Program-made: the position numbers and the translations under genes
Assembly: GCA_902767365.1 (NCBI GenBank)
Contig: CACXGX010000046.1
Span: forward strand, 1 to 50,589
Source of the DNA: an uncultured Erysipelotrichaceae bacterium
Lineage (GTDB): Bacteria > Bacillota_I > Bacilli_A > RF39 > UBA660
Length of the DNA: 50,589 bases
Direction of reading: 5' to 3'
Shown: piece after piece, positions 10,257 through 19,530 of the stretch
Layout of the letters: each line of letters begins with the position of its first letter
How positions within the stretch are numbered: the stretch's first letter is position 1
The notes under the pieces: generated by a model
What the model saw: only the letters and a program-made list of their open reading frames with translations
Told to the model about the DNA's origin: nothing
The model's database searches: none

Positions 10257-11022
10257 AAACTTTTCTAGATTGAATTTCTGCTATTTTTTCAAGAACTTCT
10301 TTAGCATTATCTTCATTTATTTCTGTATATCCTAACTCACGTAATGCTTGAACTTTTGCAGTATTTAACTCTTGAGTTCTAGATAATTTTTCTTCATTTT
10401 TATGTTCAATATCCTGAACAAATCTCTTATGGGCTTCTGCAAGTTTAACTTTTGAAGAACCACCATTATTATATAATGTCAATCCTGAGAATAATATTGC
10501 TTCAAAAATAAACTGTTGATCTTGATTAAATACATATTCATTTGGATCAATAAATCCCATTGATTTTGACATATAAGCTAAAATGTATTTTAATTCTTTA
10601 TTAGTCTCCATAGATTGAAGATAATGATATAAATATGTATATGCATAAAATGTTTCTTTTGACTTATCATCAGATAACTTTTCTTTCAACAAATTAATTA
10701 TATCTGCTAGCAATTCTTGTTCTTTTTTACTGAATCCTTTTAAATCTGTTAATATATCTTTATCAAGACTATCTTTAACGCCATCATTTAAACGCGCTTC
10801 AACTTCCATAATATAAGTACTATCGATATTAAGTCCTTTTAATTCATCTTCGCTTTTAATATTCAATAATCCCAATAACCTAGTAGATTTTTCCTTTGGC
10901 CAGTCTTTAATACTTTTCATAGCCAAATAGTTATAAAGCATTTGTCTAGATACTCCAAGATATTTAGCAAGTCTTACTTTTGAAATACCCAATTCATTTA
11001 ATATATCATTTAATTTATCCAT
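10255..11022 (-). CDS. Uncharacterised protein with N-terminal Xre/Cro-like HTH and helical/coiled-coil C-terminus
   Basis: LGISKVRLAKYLGVSRQMLYNYL fits an HTH; RBS ggaggt before ATG 11022. Confidence 0.8.
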   Translation of the reverse strand: MDKLNDILNELGISKVRLAKYLGVSRQMLYNYLAMKSIKDWPKEKSTRLLGLLNIKSEDELKGLNIDSTYIMEVEARLNDGVKDSLDKDILTDLKGFSKKEQELLADIINLLKEKLSDDKSKETFYAYTYLYHYLQSMETNKELKYILAYMSKSMGFIDPNEYVFNQDQQFIFEAILFSGLTLYNNGGSSKVKLAEAHKRFVQDIEHKNEEKLSRTQELNTAKVQALRELGYTEINEDNAKEVLEKIAEIQSRKV

Positions 11023-11049
11023 TGAGAATACCTCCAACCATCTAATTTT

Positions 11050-11084
11050 ATTTTACCAAAACATTTTACATTGTCAAGTGTAAA
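11050..11084 (-). promoter_or_regulatory. Sigma-A promoter TTGACA-N16-TAAAAT (TG-extended) overlapped by a TTTACA-N8-TGTAAA palindrome
   Basis: Minus strand tttacacTTGACAatgtaaaatgtttTGgTAAAAT. Confidence 0.6.
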
Positions 11085-11088
11085 CTTA

Positions 11089-12195
11089 CTATAAAAGATA
11101 CCATAATTTCTCATTATTCTTTTGAACTTCTTTAATTAATCCACCACCAATGCATTTATCATCAAAATAGAACACACATGCTTGTCCAGGTGTTACTGCC
11201 TTTACCCCATCGTATTTAACTAAAACATTTCCATTATCTAAGTATTCTAAAACAACAGGAAAATCAGGAGCACGATATCTAAATTTTGCAGTACATTCTA
11301 TCGGCCTTAGTTCGCAATTGAAATTAACATCTTCTACAATACAACTAGTTGATAATAAATACTCATTATCTTCTTTAAATGAAACATATAATATATTTTT
11401 TTCAAGATTCTTTCCTACAACAAAAAGTCTATCTTTATTACCACCTATATCAAGTCCTTTTCTTTGACCAATTGTATAATACATAAGTCCCCTATGCTCC
11501 CCTACTTTTTCATTAGTATCAATATCAATTACATCACCAGGTTGATTTGGTAAATAATTACTTAAAAATTCTTTAAAATGTCTTTCTCCAATAAAACAAA
11601 TACCTGTTGAATCTTTCTTATGAGCTGTTATCAAACCATAATCCTCAGCAATTTTTCTAACTTCAGTTTTATCTATATCGCCAAGTGGGAACAAAACATT
11701 AGAAAGTTGTTCATGTGATAACTGAGATAAAAAATAAGTTTGATCTTTATTACTATCTTTTGCTCTCATAAGGTAACCATTTTCTATTTTAGCATAATGA
11801 CCTGTAGCAATATAATCTGCCCCAAGCCTTTTAGCTTCCCTAACAAAATAATCAAATTTTATATATTTATTACACATTATATCAGGATTAGGAGTTCTAC
11901 CCTTTTTTAATTCATCTAAGAAATATTCAAAAACATAATCCCAGTACTCTTTTACAAAATCTATTCTATGAAGCGGTATATTAAGCTTTTTACAAACCAT
12001 TACTGCATCATTATAATCTTCTTCTTGAGGACATATATTATTATTTAAATTAGGATTACCTAAAATATCATTATTAATAGAGGAATCCCAGTTTCTCATA
12101 AAAAGTCCTTCTACTTCATATCCCTGCTTTAATAGTAATATAGCAGCAACACTAGAATCAACTCCTCCACTAATTCCAACAATAACTTTACTCAT
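11089..12195 (-). CDS. mnmA: tRNA 2-thiouridine(34) synthase MnmA
   Basis: SGGVDS, GRTPNPDIMCN, ATGHY, KDQTYFL, KKDSTGICFIG, TPGQ. Confidence 0.97.
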   Translation of the reverse strand: MSKVIVGISGGVDSSVAAILLLKQGYEVEGLFMRNWDSSINNDILGNPNLNNNICPQEEDYNDAVMVCKKLNIPLHRIDFVKEYWDYVFEYFLDELKKGRTPNPDIMCNKYIKFDYFVREAKRLGADYIATGHYAKIENGYLMRAKDSNKDQTYFLSQLSHEQLSNVLFPLGDIDKTEVRKIAEDYGLITAHKKDSTGICFIGERHFKEFLSNYLPNQPGDVIDIDTNEKVGEHRGLMYYTIGQRKGLDIGGNKDRLFVVGKNLEKNILYVSFKEDNEYLLSTSCIVEDVNFNCELRPIECTAKFRYRAPDFPVVLEYLDNGNVLVKYDGVKAVTPGQACVFYFDDKCIGGGLIKEVQKNNEKLWYLL

Positions 12196-12228
12196 TAAAA
12201 TCACCAATTGTATTATACAACAAAACAA

Positions 12229-12837
12229 TTAAATATCAAATAAATTAACGAGATAATTAGCTAAAAAAGAGTCATATATAGTTATTATCAAACTAGATAA
12301 TAAACATATAAAAAGAATCTTTAAATATTTATCCATTGATTCTCTAAAATTAATCTGTTTTCTTAAAAACAAACTTTTAAATAATTTTATAGAAAATGAA
12401 ATAGAGTAAAAAGAAAGTAATAATAAAACTATCAAATATAATAGTTTCCCAGGTATTAAATGTATAAAAGAAATTAAAATACCTTTTAATTTAAAAGTAG
12501 AAATAATACTAGAAATTGAAAAGCCAAATATAAATGATTTAAATAAAAAAATAAATAATACTAAAGGAATACCAATGATAGATATACCTAAAGCCCATAT
12601 TATAAATATAATAATATAATTGTTGAAAAGATATTTAAAAAAAGAATTAAAACCAATATTAATATTATCAAAATAAGATTTCAAAGATTCTTCTATATAA
12701 GAAATATTTTCTTTACTTATAAGAAATACAAATAATAATCCCAATATAAAAGTAAATAAAGCTAGTCCAATTAAAATAAAATATAATATTTTTTGATTAT
12801 TAGAAGTATTTTTTGAAGTAAATATTTTCTTTTTCAT
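12229..12837 (-). CDS. spoIIM: Stage II sporulation protein M-like membrane protein
   Basis: IWALGISIIGIPL..F..KSFIFGFSI pattern typical of SpoIIM; about 200 aa, polytopic. Confidence 0.7.
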   Translation of the reverse strand: MKKKIFTSKNTSNNQKILYFILIGLALFTFILGLLFVFLISKENISYIEESLKSYFDNINIGFNSFFKYLFNNYIIIFIIWALGISIIGIPLVLFIFLFKSFIFGFSISSIISTFKLKGILISFIHLIPGKLLYLIVLLLLSFYSISFSIKLFKSLFLRKQINFRESMDKYLKILFICLLSSLIITIYDSFLANYLVNLFDI

Positions 12838-12887
12838 ATTATCACCAATATAATATATTAAAGAAAAGAACAATTATACTAAAAAAG

Positions 12888-12916
12888 TAGACTTTTTGTA
12901 TTAATTTTTATATAAT
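12888..12916 (+). promoter_or_regulatory. Sigma-A promoter TAGACT-N17-TATAAT of the microprotein gene
   Basis: Canonical spacing, 19 bp before ATG 12936. Confidence 0.55.
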
Positions 12917-12935
12917 TAATTTAGAGGTGCGTGCA

Positions 12936-13028
12936 ATGAATCAAAAAACAATTAAGATAGTTTCAGCTATTCTAGCCGGTGTAATGATATTCACTCTAGT
13001 AGCTGGATGGATAATGATGATTGGGTAA
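12936..13028 (+). CDS. 30-aa single-TM microprotein (Prli42/DUF4044-like), not in ORF track
   Basis: MNQKTIKIVSAILAGVMIFTLVAGWIMMIG; RBS gaggtg, own promoter and terminator. Confidence 0.75.
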   Translation: MNQKTIKIVSAILAGVMIFTLVAGWIMMIG

Positions 13029-13040
13029 ATAAAAAAGAAT

Positions 13041-13083
13041 AAAAGGGAGAACAAATAAAATAACAATGTAGTTCTCTCTTTTT
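13041..13083 (+). terminator. Terminator-like inverted repeat after the microprotein gene
   Basis: aaaagggagaac...gttctctctttt. Confidence 0.5.
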
Positions 13084-13104
13084 ATATAAAAATTAGGAGG
13101 AAAA

Positions 13105-14148
13105 ATGAAACAATTAAAAAATGTAGATTACAGCAAAGCAGAAAAAAAAGAAGGAAATGAATCAAGATTTTACATAGTAGGAAGTATTAGATTAAAAGAT
13201 GGATCACTACAACATAAGAAAGTAATTAATATAGAAAGTAATGCCTATCCAGTAAGAATATTATTAGATCATTCAACAATGACAAATTACCAAGCCCAAA
13301 AAAGAGATTATTTATTACAAATTAAAAAAACAATTGAATACAACATAGATGAAGAAAATTCATCAATTGATTTAGATGAATTACAAGAAGAAATAACAAG
13401 AGAAGACGAAGATAAACATGAAGCAATTGATCTAGATGGATATGAATGTTTTATTACAGATAAAAAAGGAAATATAATTAAAGAATTAACTAATGAATCA
13501 CCAAAATATACTAAATTTAGAATTAGAGAATATACAATTGATTATGCAGATGAGAATAATTTAATAATAAGTTCTATAAAAAATACTAATCAAGAAGTAT
13601 ATCAAACTGACTTTTTTAGATTTGTAAAAAATAATCTTCAACAAAAAAATCTATTTGATCATCGTAAAGGTGGAACATTAGAATATATTAAAATACCAAA
13701 CAAAAAAATAAAAACTGCAATAATTAAAAGAAGAGATAACAGAACAGGAATGGAAGATACTAGATTATTTTCAATAGATGAGATGAAATTCATTTCCCCT
13801 TCTTTCTCAAACATAAACAAAGTTAAAGGTCACAATGATAAATTAGTATTCGAAGATGAAATTACATCACCTAAAACTATAGATGGTAGAAATTATCAAA
13901 CAGTACTAACTGGATATATTAATTTATATGGAATAATGGCTTGTAGTGTATACGATTCAAGAACAAATAATGAAAGAATCTTTGCAAGTAAAAGTGGACG
14001 ATTAATGGAACAATATAAAAAATTTAGAGATAGAGTTAAATTAGAATTAAATTACGAATTTGAAAGAGAAAAGCAAAATGAAGCAAAAATGAAAAGTATT
14101 AAACGTAAAGCAATTAAAAGTATTACTGGAAGAAAAAATAAAAGATAA
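13105..14148 (+). CDS. Hypothetical protein with basic C-terminal tail
   Basis: 347-aa ORF, strong RBS aggagg. Confidence 0.8.
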   Translation: MKQLKNVDYSKAEKKEGNESRFYIVGSIRLKDGSLQHKKVINIESNAYPVRILLDHSTMTNYQAQKRDYLLQIKKTIEYNIDEENSSIDLDELQEEITREDEDKHEAIDLDGYECFITDKKGNIIKELTNESPKYTKFRIREYTIDYADENNLIISSIKNTNQEVYQTDFFRFVKNNLQQKNLFDHRKGGTLEYIKIPNKKIKTAIIKRRDNRTGMEDTRLFSIDEMKFISPSFSNINKVKGHNDKLVFEDEITSPKTIDGRNYQTVLTGYINLYGIMACSVYDSRTNNERIFASKSGRLMEQYKKFRDRVKLELNYEFEREKQNEAKMKSIKRKAIKSITGRKNKR

Positions 14149-14228
14149 TAGCATAGAAAAGTTATACTATTAGAAAATAAAAATAGTAATCAATAAGTAG
14201 AAGATATATACTTAATTGATAATAAATA

Positions 14229-14255
14229 ATAAAAAAATAAGTATCTTCATAATAT
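14229..14255 (+). promoter_or_regulatory. Possible sigma-E-type promoter ATA-N16-CATAATAT
   Basis: Matches ATA-N16-18-CATAnnnT just upstream of the spoVB-like gene; weak given AT richness. Confidence 0.3.
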
Positions 14256-14269
14256 GTTGTAGGTGACAT

Positions 14270-15573
14270 ATGAAAGATACTTTTTTTAAATCAACGATAA
14301 TATTATTAATTGGTGGTTTTATAACGAAAATTCTTGGAATGATAATAAAAATAATAATGACTAGAACTGTAGGAATAGATGGTATATCAATGTATATGAT
14401 TGTATTTCCTACTTTTTCTTTATTTATGACAATATCACAATTAGGGTTCCCAACTGCTTTATCAAAATTAATTCCAGAACAAACCCATAATAATAAAAAA
14501 ATGGTGTCTTCGTTAATAGCAACATCATTATTTTTAAATATTTTATTAATTATGATTATTATATGCATATCACCTATTATATCTAAATTTTTAAATAACG
14601 AAGAACTAATATATCCAATCTTATCAATTGCAATCGTATTACCATTTGATTCTATATCAAATATACTAAGAGGATATTTTTTGGAAAACAAAAAGTAATA
14701 ATTCATACACTATCTTTAATATGTGAACAAATAGTAAGACTTTTATTAATTATTTTTTATATACCAAAAATACTAAATAATAGCATTTCATTCATTGTAA
14801 GTAATTTAATAGCAATAAATATGATAAGTGAATTAATATCTATAATAATAATGATTTTATTTATAAATAATAAAAAAATAAGTATAAAAGATTTTATAAT
14901 TGATAAAAAAGAACTTAAAGAAGTATTTAAAATAGCTATACCAACAACATCAACAAGATTAATTGGAGCAATATCATATTTTTTTGAACCAATAATATTA
15001 GCAAGAAGCTTATTAAATAATGGGTATACAACATCATTTATTACAAAAGAATATGGAATAATAGAAGGATATATACTTCCACTATTATTAATTCCATCAT
15101 TTTTAGCAAGTACTATTAGTAATGCTTTAATACCAGAAATATCAAAAATGTATATAAAGAAAGAATTTAAAATAATAAAAAAGAGAATAAAACAGGTAAT
15201 AAAAATATCATTAATAGTTGGAATAACAACTTTATCAATACTATTTATTAATCCAAAATATTTCTTAAAAATAATATATAATTTTAATGATGCAAAATAT
15301 ATTAAATCATTAATTCCTTTTTTTATACTACTCTACTTACAATATCCTATTGAAAGTATTTTATTAGCATTTAATAAATCTAAAACAATTTTCTATAATA
15401 ATACAATAGCTACAATAATAAAACTAATAATAATTTTTTTATTTGGATACCTAAAAATAGGATTATATAATTTAATAATAGCAATTGATATAAATATAAT
15501 AGTAACAACATTGCTAGACTATAAAGCATTAAAAAAAGAACTAGATATTTTAAACTTTAAAAGATTTAACTAG
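14270..15573 (+). pseudogene. spoVB: SpoVB/MurJ-like (MOP family) flippase split by a 1-nt frameshift
   Basis: TFFKSTIIL..GGFITKILG, GFPTALSKLI, LRGYF then stop; adding one T to the T6 run at 14677-14682 reads RGYFFGKQK...CEQIVR in frame with ORF 14821..15573. Confidence 0.75.
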
Positions 15574-16248
15574 TTCTTTATCTTCCCTACTAACCTTATA
15601 AGAATCTCTAATTTTAGATATCGCCTGATTTTGTACAAAAGGGTTTAATTTTTTAGATTTTAACATTTCTAATACATTTTCTTTATACTTAACAAAACAT
15701 GCTGAAATAAGCCAAGAAATAGCCATATTAACATAATAATAAGATGAATCTTTATAACACAAAGAAATAATATTATTAATATGAAGATCATCTATATAAT
15801 AATTAAGTAATATAATATATCCAACTCTAATATAAAATTCACGGCTATCAAGAATTAATGAATAAGCAATATCAGAATAATCATTTTCCTTCATTATTTT
15901 AAAAGAACAAACACATGAATCACAAAGAGCCCAGCAATCTATTTTATCAATAAATTTATAAAAATATTTAAGAAATAGGTTATTATCTTTATCTTTAATA
16001 CGACTAATAACAAATCCCTCAATCATTACTTCTTCAAAATATTTAGAACCAGTACACTCCAAAAAATCTATAATATCATCATTTTCTATTTCTTTAGCCA
16101 TCTTTTTTAAAATAGGAGTTTTTATACCTAATACTTCATATTTTGTATTAAATATTCTTTCATTGAATTGCTTTGTTTTTAAATCACTAAGACTTTTTAA
16201 CTGATTAAGAAAAATATCATATTTCTTATTATTCCACTTGATCTTCAT
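15550..16248 (-). CDS. DNA alkylation repair protein (AlkD-like)
   Basis: LGIKTPILKKMAK, IDCWALCDS, YYVNMAISW, NQAISKIRDS. Confidence 0.85.
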   Translation of the reverse strand: MKIKWNNKKYDIFLNQLKSLSDLKTKQFNERIFNTKYEVLGIKTPILKKMAKEIENDDIIDFLECTGSKYFEEVMIEGFVISRIKDKDNNLFLKYFYKFIDKIDCWALCDSCVCSFKIMKENDYSDIAYSLILDSREFYIRVGYIILLNYYIDDLHINNIISLCYKDSSYYYVNMAISWLISACFVKYKENVLEMLKSKKLNPFVQNQAISKIRDSYKVSREDKELVKSFKV

Positions 16249-17524
16249 CTATTTCTCCAAATACATAAGGATACTCAATATTTATAATTGTAACCGTCTT
16301 AAAAGTAGAACTTGGTATATTACCTAAAGCTTTTATATATAAATAATTAGAAGTATGACCATAAGAATAGCCATCTTTACTAGTTTCAAACAAAACTTCC
16401 ATTTTTTTACCTAAAAATTTTTTCATATATTTCTTTTCAAGATTATAAGACAATTCTAATAGCTTATCAGTATGTTCCTTTTTTAAATATTCAGGAACTT
16501 GAGCAAGTCTACTAGAAGGAGTATTCTCTCTTATTGAATAAGGAAATACATGTAATTTTGAAAAATTAATTTCTTTAAGATTTTTCATTACAATTTCAAA
16601 TTCTTCCTCATTCTCTCCAGGATGCCCAGTAATAACATCAGTAGTAATAGATACATCATTATTAATCTCTCTTAGTTTATTTATCTTATTCTTAAAATAA
16701 TCTATATCGTATTTTCTATTCATTATTTTTAAAATTTTATCACTACCAGATTGAATAGGAATATGAAAATGATTAACTATTACATCATTATTTTTAATAA
16801 CATCTAATACTTCATCAGTTAATTCTGTAGCCTCTATAGAAGAAATTCTTAATCTTTTTAATCCATCTATCTTAACAATTTCTCTTAATAAAGAAGCAAA
16901 ATTAGTACCAATATCTACTCCATAATTTCCAGTGTGAATACCAGTTAAAATTATTTCTTTATAACCATTATTAACAAGGGTTTTAATTTCCTTTAAAGCG
17001 ATTTCAGGTTTTTTACTTCTACATTTTCCACGTACTCTTGGAATAACACAATAACTACAAAAATTCTCACATCCATCTTGTATTTTTACAAACGCTCTAG
17101 TACGTGTTTTATAATTTTCAATAAACATATCTTCAAAAGAAGAATCAAAATCATCATATAAATTAATAATTTTTTTACGATTAATCATAAAATCATTAAT
17201 TAAATCAACGATTATAGATTTATCTTTATTACCAACTATAATATCAATTTCCGGCATAACAATAGAAATATTAGACTTATTATACTCTACAAAGCAACCA
17301 CACGCGATAATACATGCATCTTTATTTAGTTTTCTAGCATGTCTAATCATCTTTCTACTTTTAGAATCAGAATTATTTGTAACAGTACAAGTATTTATTA
17401 TATAAACGTCATTAACTGAATCAAAATCATTAATAGTAAATCCTGCTTTAACAAGACTACTAATCATAAATTCACTTTCATATGTATTTACTTTGCATCC
17501 CAAAGTATAAATTCCAACTTTCAT
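16229..17524 (-). CDS. mtaB: tRNA t6A37 methylthiotransferase MtaB
   Basis: TLGCKVNTYES, NTCTVT, KIQDGCENFCSYC radical SAM motif, HVFPYS. Confidence 0.95.
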   Translation of the reverse strand: MKVGIYTLGCKVNTYESEFMISSLVKAGFTINDFDSVNDVYIINTCTVTNNSDSKSRKMIRHARKLNKDACIIACGCFVEYNKSNISIVMPEIDIIVGNKDKSIIVDLINDFMINRKKIINLYDDFDSSFEDMFIENYKTRTRAFVKIQDGCENFCSYCVIPRVRGKCRSKKPEIALKEIKTLVNNGYKEIILTGIHTGNYGVDIGTNFASLLREIVKIDGLKRLRISSIEATELTDEVLDVIKNNDVIVNHFHIPIQSGSDKILKIMNRKYDIDYFKNKINKLREINNDVSITTDVITGHPGENEEEFEIVMKNLKEINFSKLHVFPYSIRENTPSSRLAQVPEYLKKEHTDKLLELSYNLEKKYMKKFLGKKMEVLFETSKDGYSYGHTSNYLYIKALGNIPSSTFKTVTIINIEYPYVFGEIDEDQVE

Positions 17525-17549
17525 ATACACTCCTCTAAAAAGAAAAGAA

Positions 17550-18809
17550 CTATTCCAAGTTCTTTTTAAGATCCTTCAAAGTTTTTAAAAATTCATTAGT
17601 CTTTTTAATCTCTTCATTTAATTTCTCTAAATTAGCAGTTTGTTCTAACGATAATTCTTTATCTTGTTTATCCATACCATAAACAGGAGAAATTAAAGGA
17701 CTACTTTGAAAACTATTATCATCTTTATATTTAGGTAAATCTTTAACAGATTTCATCTCAAATTCAACTACTGGTTTTTCTTCTACAACAATATTATCAT
17801 TACTTATATTAGATGACTCTTTATACATTTTTTCAAGTTCTTGAATACTGATAATTGCATCTTTTTCATCTATATAGTCATCCATTTCTTCATCAGTATA
17901 ACCAAAAGATTGAGCATGTACTAATTCATCATAACTAATAATTGCATTTTCTTCATCATCATTTACTATATTATCATTATTATTCTTATTATCTAATTCA
18001 TCATTAGAAACAACATCCAACTTTTTATCTTCTTGTTCAACTTCTTTAACATTTTCATCTAATTTAACATCAGGGAATAATACAACTTCTTTATCCTCTT
18101 TAGGTTCTTCAACATCATCACTAGAAATACTATAATCATAATTATAGTTAGTTACTGAATCATTTTTTATATCAACCATATTATTAAGATAATCATCAAT
18201 ATTTAATCTAAAGACATCTTCTTTATTATCTTTCTCGACATCTTTATCATTTATATTATCAGTATTCAACTCAACTACTTCATTTTGATCTTTTTCAGAT
18301 TCATCATTAAACTCAACAACTTGAATCTCATCATTAATTTTTTCTTGCTCATTAGATTCAACTACTTGAGAATCTTTAACTTCTTCCTGTTCATTAGATT
18401 CAACTACTTGAGAAGCTTTAACTTCTTCCTGTTCATTAGGTTCAACTACTTGAGAATCTTTTTCTTCATTATTTTGATGTTCTTCTTTAACAATATTCTT
18501 AAGTTTCTCTTCTTCTTCCTTTTTCAACTTTTCTCTAATAGAAGCAAGTTCCATTTTTGCTTTCGTTTTTTCAAGTTCTGCATCCTCTTCAACATATTTA
18601 ATTCCATCACTTGGTTTAATGTTAATTGTTTGCGTATCACTAAGATTTTTTTCTTTAGTCTTTTCTTTTTCTAATAAAATTTGATAACGTTTATTATTGT
18701 TATAAATTTCAATAGATATCGCAATAGCCAAGAATAGTGCAACAATACCCATAATGACACACAATAATACTAAATTATCAGAAGACAAACTATTCAAAAG
18801 TTCCTTCAT
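17550..18809 (-). CDS. Membrane-anchored acidic low-complexity protein with C-terminal ISPVYG motif and coiled coil
   Basis: N-terminal TM helix, D/E-rich linker, FQSSPLISPVYG, terminal amphipathic helix. Confidence 0.8.
   Translation of the reverse strand: MKELLNSLSSDNLVLLCVIMGIVALFLAIAISIEIYNNNKRYQILLEKEKTKEKNLSDTQTINIKPSDGIKYVEEDAELEKTKAKMELASIREKLKKEEEEKLKNIVKEEHQNNEEKDSQVVEPNEQEEVKASQVVESNEQEEVKDSQVVESNEQEKINDEIQVVEFNDESEKDQNEVVELNTDNINDKDVEKDNKEDVFRLNIDDYLNNMVDIKNDSVTNYNYDYSISSDDVEEPKEDKEVVLFPDVKLDENVKEVEQEDKKLDVVSNDELDNKNNNDNIVNDDEENAIISYDELVHAQSFGYTDEEMDDYIDEKDAIISIQELEKMYKESSNISNDNIVVEEKPVVEFEMKSVKDLPKYKDDNSFQSSPLISPVYGMDKQDKELSLEQTANLEKLNEEIKKTNEFLKTLKDLKKNLE
18349..18461. repeat. 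In-frame 42-bp tandem repeat (about 2.7 copies)
   Basis: tcattagattcaactacttgagaatctttaacttcttcctgt; encodes (D/A)SQVVE(S/P)NEQEEVK. Confidence 0.9.
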
Positions 18810-18814
18810 AAGTA

Positions 18815-19525
18815 TCACCCCATAAATTTATAATTAACAACACTTAGAATGAATGAAGAAGCAGTTTCAGTTCTTAAAACATTATTTCCCAAACTTATTG
18901 GTATATAACCATTACTTATCAATAATTCTTCTTCATTCTCACTAAATCCACCTTCTGGACCTATTACAAATATAATTGTATCACTAATAGATACATTTGA
19001 TAAGACTGTTTTAATAGTTTTTGACTTTTCATTGACACTACAAAGAAATTTATGATTAAAAGGCAATTTAACAAGCTCTTTTATATCCAAAATTGTACCT
19101 AGTTTTGGAATAAAATTCCTTTTAGATTGTTCACTCGCTTCTTTTAATATTTTTTCCCATCTTACAATTTTTTTAGAATCATTTTTATCAACTTTAACTA
19201 TAGATCTTGAAGTATTAATTGGAATTATTTCACTAACACCCAATTCACATGATTTTTGCAAAATATAATCCATTTTTTGTTCTTTTACTAATGCTTGTGC
19301 AATTACAACATTCAAATGATTATTTATATTATCTAACTCTTTAATTATCTTACAACAAACATTTTTTTCTAAAGAAACTATTGACGATAAATATACTCTG
19401 TTTTCATAAACAATTTCTACTGTATCATTAATCTTCATTCTCATAACAGTTACTACATGATAAGAATCATCATCACTTAAAAAGAATGAATCATTTTCTT
19501 TATGTCGAACAAAATATCTTTGCAT
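18815..19525 (-). CDS. rsmE: 16S rRNA m3U1498 methyltransferase RsmE
   Basis: MQRYF, QKSCELGV, EASEQS, IGPEGGFS, LGNNVLRTETA. Confidence 0.95.
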   Translation of the reverse strand: MQRYFVRHKENDSFFLSDDDSYHVVTVMRMKINDTVEIVYENRVYLSSIVSLEKNVCCKIIKELDNINNHLNVVIAQALVKEQKMDYILQKSCELGVSEIIPINTSRSIVKVDKNDSKKIVRWEKILKEASEQSKRNFIPKLGTILDIKELVKLPFNHKFLCSVNEKSKTIKTVLSNVSISDTIIFVIGPEGGFSENEEELLISNGYIPISLGNNVLRTETASSFILSVVNYKFMG

Positions 19526-19530
19526 ATAAA

